IMG/VR virus record: IMGVR_UViG_3300028553_000005
Coordinates: 116,429-136,428 of that record
Strand: one strand, 5' to 3'
Length of the DNA: 20,000 nucleotides
From: an uncultured virus (IMG/VR IMGVR_UViG_3300028553_000005)
Lineage: Duplodnaviria; Heunggongvirae; Uroviricota; Caudoviricetes
Positions within the stretch are counted from its first letter, which is position 1. The number at the start of each line of letters is the position of its first letter. The notes under the pieces were generated by a model that saw only the letters and a program-made list of their open reading frames with translations, had not been told where the DNA came from and made no database searches. The translations under genes and the position numbers were made by a program. This document shows positions 15,074 through 20,000 of the stretch, piece after piece.

Positions 15074-15102
15074 ATTATAAGTGTTTATACTTATATAGGC
15101 AA
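15074..15102 (-). promoter_or_regulatory. sigma70-type promoter TTGCCT-17 nt-TATAAT in front of the microprotein/tmRNA unit
   Basis: Minus strand reads TTGCCT ATATAAGTATAAACACT TATAAT; late-like TATAAGTA/TATAAACA lie in the spacer. Confidence 0.6.
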
Positions 15103-15179
15103 GCGATTTGTTCATTATTACCACAAAAAGTCCCGTCCTACCACCTATTTTATATTATGAAATAGGAAACATACCAACT

Positions 15180-15614
15180 TTATGGACACCAACTGGTCTT
15201 GGCCTCACCATAGTATTCCCGTGCATATCCTTGTTGGATCAACATGGAACGCAACGATTGACCATTCAGTAATACATCACCTAGGACACGACCACCATAC
15301 TTGTCCCAACTCATTAATACCACTTGCCGAGTTGTGGCCTGTTCTACCATTTTCTTGGTAAATGCTGTGGCCGCTTGTCCTCGTGCATCTTCTGACGGAC
15401 ATTGAGCACGATGGCCTTTTTCTGGTGTATCAACACCAAATACACGAATTGATAATTCTTTCTTTAATGGTTCTGGTAACCATAACGCTTGAAATGCCAC
15501 AGTATCACCATCAATAACTCTAGTGAGTGTTGCATTGTATGTTACACCAGTTTTTTGTTGTTGTGCAAAAGCCAACATTGGTACAAATAATAATGAGAGT
15601 AATAGTTTTTTCAT
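15180..15614 (-). CDS. Secreted thermonuclease (SNase-like)
   Basis: Signal peptide; RVIDGDTV, IRVFGVDTPEK, DKYGGRVLGDV, LIQQGYAREY motifs. Confidence 0.9.
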   Translation of the reverse strand: MKKLLLSLLFVPMLAFAQQQKTGVTYNATLTRVIDGDTVAFQALWLPEPLKKELSIRVFGVDTPEKGHRAQCPSEDARGQAATAFTKKMVEQATTRQVVLMSWDKYGGRVLGDVLLNGQSLRSMLIQQGYAREYYGEAKTSWCP

Positions 15615-16267
15615 TTTTGTTTTCCGTAATAAATTATAGCCTCGACTAATCCATCTATATATTCAGCCGTCTTTTGTTGGAATAATAATGGCTTTTCATT
15701 CTCTACTGCCATAATAATTACAGTATTATTAATTGGTGTATCAATCATATCTTCATACATCAATGCATATGCCGCAGTTTGCCAAAAGTATTCTTTGATA
15801 TCATCTCTTGTTTTTATATTCTTTGATGTTTTGAAATCAATCACAGATAATTCACCATCAAACTCACCAATACAATCAACACGACCTGCCATGCCTAATT
15901 GTTTAGACCATAGTGCCTGTTCTTGATAGTGTATATTGTTAATTCGATTGAGAAATGGTTTGATTGATAAAAACATCTCATAGGCATCTAGTTTAACACC
16001 AGGTTCAACCACTTTATTGTTTAGATAATCTTCACATAAAACGTGAACTGCTGTACCACGAGAGGTTGCTTTCTTTGTGATTGCATTGGCAACATCTTCA
16101 CCCACACGCTTACGCCATTCCATGATGGCCTGTTTCTTCTGAGCACCAAGAACAGTTGTTACTGATGGTAATTTTGTGCCATCTGGTAATAGATAGAATC
16201 TTCTGCCATCAGGAAATGTTTGTGCTTCTAAATCTTCGAGGTTTTTTGGTGGGCAATAGTTAAACAT
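15611..16267 (-). CDS. PD-(D/E)XK-family exonuclease
   Basis: LPSVTTVL, RGTAVH, AGRVDCI...IDFKTS, YFWQTAAYA motifs. Confidence 0.85.
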   Translation of the reverse strand: MFNYCPPKNLEDLEAQTFPDGRRFYLLPDGTKLPSVTTVLGAQKKQAIMEWRKRVGEDVANAITKKATSRGTAVHVLCEDYLNNKVVEPGVKLDAYEMFLSIKPFLNRINNIHYQEQALWSKQLGMAGRVDCIGEFDGELSVIDFKTSKNIKTRDDIKEYFWQTAAYALMYEDMIDTPINNTVIIMAVENEKPLLFQQKTAEYIDGLVEAIIYYGKQK

Positions 16268-16268
16268 T

Positions 16269-16868
16269 TTAATTCACAAACTCAATCCAACCAGTAATAA
16301 CATACTTGGTTTGTCCACCAAGTGGTGGGTTACCACGGTGTGTATGTGTATAGGCTGATGGCCATACTACTAATCGACCTTCTACTGGATCGATTCTTTG
16401 GCCTGTGTATAAAAATTCAGTTTCACCACCCTTATTAATCGAATTCAAATATAATAAGAAAACTCCTAATCGAGCATTCATATCACGGCTGCCATTCTCA
16501 CAATGCCAAATATGATAACCTTCTGTTGGTTTTGTTCTCTGCACTTTTATAGTGTAGATCATTTGTTGTGGCATATTTTTAATTACGGAGAATTCTTTGG
16601 CGTATAAAGGATAACACTCTTGCCAAAAGGTGTTTGTGAATGTTTCAAAATGATCACCTAGATTATCTCTAGAAAATGAAATAGTTTTAGGATCAAGTAA
16701 TGATGTTGATGTATCAGATTTAAAAGTTTCAGTTGTGTAATCTCTTTGCCATGTTTTTCCCATAGCATCAAGTTCTTCAAAGTAATCAATCATCGCTTTA
16801 CAGTATTCGCTACTGTAGAAACCATCGTATATGCCTACGAAATCATCAAACTGCACATTCTTATTCAT
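16269..16868 (-). CDS. 2OG-Fe(II) oxygenase (phage type)
   Basis: GYHIWHCE...LYLNSINKGGETEFL...WPSAYTHTHRGNPP...KYVITGW. Confidence 0.9.
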   Translation of the reverse strand: MNKNVQFDDFVGIYDGFYSSEYCKAMIDYFEELDAMGKTWQRDYTTETFKSDTSTSLLDPKTISFSRDNLGDHFETFTNTFWQECYPLYAKEFSVIKNMPQQMIYTIKVQRTKPTEGYHIWHCENGSRDMNARLGVFLLYLNSINKGGETEFLYTGQRIDPVEGRLVVWPSAYTHTHRGNPPLGGQTKYVITGWIEFVN

Positions 16869-16876
16869 TTAAATCC

Positions 16877-17035
16877 TCAATATAATATATTTTTAGCTAA
16901 TCCGTCATCAGGTTTATTTTTTTCTATTAAATGCTTGTCTTTTATATATTCGACAAGTTCTTCTCTAACTCTTTCTTTTTTGTTTTGTTCGTAATATAAC
17001 CGCTGCTGCTTTGACATCATTCTTTTTTTGCTCAT
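16877..17035 (-). CDS. 52-aa hypothetical protein (MSKKRMMSKQQRLYYEQNKKERVREELVEYIKDKHLIEKNKPDDGLAKNILY)
   Basis: Not in the ORF track. SD AGGAG 5 nt upstream of the ATG; stop overlaps the SD of the next gene. Confidence 0.65.
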   Translation of the reverse strand: MSKKRMMSKQQRLYYEQNKKERVREELVEYIKDKHLIEKNKPDDGLAKNILY

Positions 17036-17155
17036 CTAAACTCCTGTTATTATCTTTATTATACTTGGGAATTTTATGAGTTTTTTCTACAGGATTAACT
17101 TTGCCATTATCTGACCTCCTGATGTTAAGTAAGTAAGGGAGTTGGTTGTTCACTA

Positions 17156-17437
17156 TTACCATTCTCTAGGCATCTTCGTTTTGTGTGATTTGTGTAAAGT
17201 ATTTCCGGGTACCGTATCTTTGATTCTTTGTATTACGCCTCGTTCAAAGGCAGCATCAGCAGTTTTGGTACCAGGAACAGACATACGACCAGCATCCGAA
17301 AATACTGGTAGATTATCTGCAGATATATGTAATTCTAAATGGGGATTATTTTGTTTGAATTCGTCTAGCACCGTGTAAGACATACGGTGTTCTTCGACTT
17401 GATTGGTTTGTTTATTCAAAAAATCATAGGTTGGCAT
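17156..17437 (-). CDS. FmdB-like small regulatory protein lacking the zinc-ribbon cysteines
   Basis: MPTYDFLNKQTNQVEE N-terminus resembles the MPTYxY/F FmdB-type start common in T4-like phages. Confidence 0.6.
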   Translation of the reverse strand: MPTYDFLNKQTNQVEEHRMSYTVLDEFKQNNPHLELHISADNLPVFSDAGRMSVPGTKTADAAFERGVIQRIKDTVPGNTLHKSHKTKMPREW

Positions 17438-18027
17438 TAACTATACTCATGGGCAAGTGATTCATTCATTTTTCGGAACCATTCTTTCATAAAGACCGGT
17501 ACTTCTCTCTTATTTATCTTACCTTTCCATGACCAAAGGTGTGATTTATTCATACGATAATAGTTATGATAAGATTGCAATGAATTACCTGGTACTTTAC
17601 AGTCATCCGGCATGGCAGGTGTAGGACCAGTAAACGAACCAACTGGACAATTATCTGGTACACGAGCCAAGTCAGGTATCAATCGTGCCGTGGCATGAAC
17701 TTTACCATAACGATATGTAAACTCTTTAAGTAGTTCACACCACATATTATAGAGCCAAGTATAGTTGGCCTTACTTTGGCGAACCCATATGGCTGATGGA
17801 TGGTTCATCATCGTAGGCTTCATCAATCGTTCTTCACGCTCATCTGGCAGGCGCCACCGCTTGATATTGCGATTATTGGTTGTTTTACCAAAGTACATCT
17901 CACCATCAAGCACACGGTGTGCAGTAGAGAGCAACTGAGCATACTCAATTACCATTTTGCAAACATGGCGGTCAACATGCATTTCAGCACATTTCACAGG
18001 ATCATTATCTAGATAAAAAATATTCAT
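17437..18027 (-). CDS. denV: Pyrimidine-dimer DNA glycosylase/endonuclease V-like protein
   Basis: MNIFYLD...HVCKMVIEYAQLLSTAH...NHPSAIWVR...EFTYRYGKVH...PAMPD motifs. Confidence 0.7.
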   Translation of the reverse strand: MNIFYLDNDPVKCAEMHVDRHVCKMVIEYAQLLSTAHRVLDGEMYFGKTTNNRNIKRWRLPDEREERLMKPTMMNHPSAIWVRQSKANYTWLYNMWCELLKEFTYRYGKVHATARLIPDLARVPDNCPVGSFTGPTPAMPDDCKVPGNSLQSYHNYYRMNKSHLWSWKGKINKREVPVFMKEWFRKMNESLAHEYS

Positions 18028-18314
18028 AACATTCTCATTAGGCCAATTGTATCAATAGTAGTAAGTAAAACGTAATTAGCGACCATACCAAAAGATTTGC
18101 GAGTATAAGCAGCCCAACCATACATAGCACAACCGAGAATCCAAATTGGATATAATATGAGTAACGGTGGGTTAGGAACGGTGAGAGCCATTGTAACAGA
18201 ACAACCAATAGATATTGCCCATGCCAATAATTCCACGATAAAACGGAACTTATTTGATTTCCAATCATCACGAATCCAATCAAACAAATTATAAAATAAA
18301 TCGTTCATCAACAA
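18024..18314 (-). CDS. Small membrane protein with about three transmembrane segments
   Basis: Three hydrophobic stretches; overlaps neighbouring genes in operon fashion. Confidence 0.7.
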   Translation of the reverse strand: MLMNDLFYNLFDWIRDDWKSNKFRFIVELLAWAISIGCSVTMALTVPNPPLLILYPIWILGCAMYGWAAYTRKSFGMVANYVLLTTIDTIGLMRML

Positions 18315-18595
18315 TCATCAGATCGAATTAAACTTTTTCTGCCAGAGAAAATGGAATCCAAATCATCCAAATCATCTTTGTGTCCATCTTTTGAATAAAT
18401 TTGACCGAGAGATTTTGATTCTTCTACAATTTCTAAATTACCATCGATGTGATATCCACAACCCTTTAAAAAAGTTTCAAACTCACTAATGACACCATCT
18501 AAATGGTCAGCATTAAACTCAAACGTTTTTTTGGTGACAATGGCATCAGCAAATGGCATTGGATCATCTTCACAGATAAATGTAAACTTACTCAT
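18308..18595 (-). CDS. Hypothetical protein
   Basis: ATGA coupling with the upstream gene; FETFLKGCGY motif recurrent in T4-like hypotheticals. Confidence 0.7.
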   Translation of the reverse strand: MSKFTFICEDDPMPFADAIVTKKTFEFNADHLDGVISEFETFLKGCGYHIDGNLEIVEESKSLGQIYSKDGHKDDLDDLDSIFSGRKSLIRSDDC

Positions 18596-18852
18596 AGTGT
18601 TGGAATCTCCAATGGTCTGGCTCCGCCTTTAAGTGCTTTAACACGTTTTGCAATATCTTCACTCGATACTGTTTGCATTGCGAATTGTTTGAAATCATCA
18701 AAACTATTTTTGACTTTCATTGTACCACCTTGAAGCATAAACAATGCACAACCACCACTGGTTAGTGGTGCAATTTCGCCAACACCGTCCAAATTAACAA
18801 TCACTTTACAATCTTTTTCTACTGAGTCCACTTCAACGAATAAAGCCATCAT
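18592..18852 (-). CDS. Hypothetical protein
   Basis: SD AAGGAG and tight operon packing. Confidence 0.7.
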   Translation of the reverse strand: MMALFVEVDSVEKDCKVIVNLDGVGEIAPLTSGGCALFMLQGGTMKVKNSFDDFKQFAMQTVSSEDIAKRVKALKGGARPLEIPTL

Positions 18853-19022
18853 ACTTCTCCTTTTTCAGATTTATTTTCTTTCAGTTTGGCCAATCTGGCA
18901 CGCTTTTCCAAAACTTCTGCTTCAATCATCATGTTTTTCCAATGGCCTCGTTTATCACATGGCATTAGAGCAAGCATACGTTTTGTTTCTTTACTTAATT
19001 TAAAATCACCGTTTGTTTTCAT
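18849..19022 (-). CDS. 57-aa basic hypothetical protein (MKTNGDFKLSKETKRMLALMPCDKRGHWKNMMIEAEVLEKRARLAKLKENKSEKGEV)
   Basis: Not in the ORF track; fills the gap exactly, with ATGA overlaps at both ends. Confidence 0.75.
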   Translation of the reverse strand: MKTNGDFKLSKETKRMLALMPCDKRGHWKNMMIEAEVLEKRARLAKLKENKSEKGEV

Positions 19023-19285
19023 TTACCTACCTTTTGAATTACTTCACCTTTATCACAATCTTTAACACGAACCAACAATGTATCGGTTTGGTTTAATGGT
19101 CGAACAAAAAAACATTCTCCTTTAACGGACCAAACCAATTTGTTTTGAATACCACCATCAAAGTTACCATTGACAGGAGTATTCATAAAATACGGAGTGT
19201 AATAAAATGTTAAACCAAATACAACAACTGCCACAAAAAACAAAGTTTTATTTGCTTGTAACCATTCATTAATTTTTTTAAACAT
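19019..19285 (-). CDS. Membrane-anchored hypothetical protein
   Basis: N-terminal transmembrane segment, SD AAGGA, two C-terminal cysteines. Confidence 0.7.
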   Translation of the reverse strand: MFKKINEWLQANKTLFFVAVVVFGLTFYYTPYFMNTPVNGNFDGGIQNKLVWSVKGECFFVRPLNQTDTLLVRVKDCDKGEVIQKVGK

Positions 19286-19514
19286 GAAACATTCCTTGAG
19301 TGTATAATACTAACATTATACTAAAAAACACAATTAAAGTCAATACAATTGAGGTAAACTTGTTAGATTCTTCTTGGTAATATTCCACTTCTCTTTCAAT
19401 CATCTCATGCTGTGCTTGAACCATATTTGGTACATCTGGTTCCATCATTTCAATTGTTTTCTGTGATGATTCTAATCGTTTCAAAGCCTGCCAATAATGA
19501 TAGTAAGATAACAT
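19278..19514 (-). CDS. Hypothetical protein with a C-terminal transmembrane segment
   Basis: Start moved to ATG 19512-19514, immediately after the upstream stop. Confidence 0.65.
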   Translation of the reverse strand: MLSYYHYWQALKRLESSQKTIEMMEPDVPNMVQAQHEMIEREVEYYQEESNKFTSIVLTLIVFFSIMLVLYTQGMFHV

Positions 19515-19515
19515 T

Positions 19516-20000
19516 TTAGTCCCATAAGTTTTCATAATACTTACCAAACAATCTAAATGCATTACGCTTTCGTTCATTGTGTGCATTTAGTCCATCCCAA
19601 TCAACCTTTGGTCCAGTATAATTTTCGTCCCAAGGTAATTTATCACCACATTCGGTGTAATCAAAGAATTTCAATTCAGGATCATCAGCAACTTTCTGTT
19701 CAAATGCCCAAATCATTTCATCAAGCACCCATGCCCAGCGTTTATGAATTAAATCATCCTCGTCCATATCCAACATTTGAATATCAGGATTAGAATGACG
19801 TTTTGATTTTGTTTTTCTTTTTGAACTACGCAACTCAGTAGGCACATCTTCATCATCAATCCATGGTGAACCGTGAGTTTCTTCTTTCAATTGTTTCAAC
19901 ATTGGTAGAATGATATAAGACAAGGTATAATCCATTGACCATGTATCATATCTATCAATCTTCACATACTTGATTGGTGGGTGAATAAAGTCGAGCACAA
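19516..20000 (-). CDS. Conserved phage hypothetical protein, 5'-truncated by the window edge
   Basis: IDRYDTWSMDYTLSYIILPMLKQLK...WVLDEMIWAFE...FRLFGKYYENLWD is recurrent in T4-like phages. Confidence 0.75.
   Translation of the reverse strand, partial: VLDFIHPPIKYVKIDRYDTWSMDYTLSYIILPMLKQLKEETHGSPWIDDEDVPTELRSSKRKTKSKRHSNPDIQMLDMDEDDLIHKRWAWVLDEMIWAFEQKVADDPELKFFDYTECGDKLPWDENYTGPKVDWDGLNAHNERKRNAFRLFGKYYENLWD

Noticed and set aside
15611..16267. Cas4 / CRISPR-associated nuclease
   Set aside because: It lacks the four-cysteine Fe-S cluster pattern and there is no array; it fits the common T4-like PD-(D/E)XK exonuclease.
17036..17107. Genome-wide TAG stop-codon reassignment
   Set aside because: All recognisable core genes are full length in the standard code, and gp2 ends at a TAG in the expected place.
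16965..17162. 65-aa ORF from the track
   Set aside because: No clear SD, and it overlaps a better-supported 52-aa ORF (17035-16877) with AGGAG; not fully excluded.
3097..19793. Numerous short antisense or nested ORFs in the track (e.g. 3097-3342, 7156-7578, 9013-9489, 10616-10864, 13993-14241)
   Set aside because: Shadow frames of well-supported genes, without ribosome-binding sites or motifs.

Overview
AT-rich, gene-dense segment of a T4-like myovirus genome, resembling freshwater phages of proteobacterial hosts (host is inferred, not shown). Positions 1-10336 are a baseplate/tail module: a stand-alone gp5 OB-fold gene, a hub-like protein, gp53, gp48, gp4, gp2, gp54, gp26/gp51 and two paralogous tape-measure-like genes, one carrying a GH19-type muramidase domain. 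Positions 10383-20000 are a minus-strand replication/accessory block: gp32, a HAD phosphatase, gp59, two 2OG-Fe(II) oxygenases, gp33, a SleB-like hydrolase, a thermonuclease, a PD-(D/E)XK exonuclease, a DenV-like glycosylase and many small ORFs. The main signals outside the ORF track are four. (1) A compact, circularly permuted (two-piece) tmRNA gene at ~14379-14668 encodes the tag ANDNMYALAA and is preceded by three microprotein genes and a 22-bp duplication of its 5' end. (2) A probable -1 ribosomal frameshift (T TTT TTC) fuses gp26 to a start-less gp51 directly upstream of the tape-measure-like genes, like lambda G/GT. (3) An exact, in-frame 43-bp repeat is shared by the two otherwise diverged tape-measure-like paralogs. 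(4) A perfect sigma70 promoter with a nested late promoter and a consensus DnaA box lies upstream of gp32. Protein calls come from recalled motifs and gene order, not database searches.
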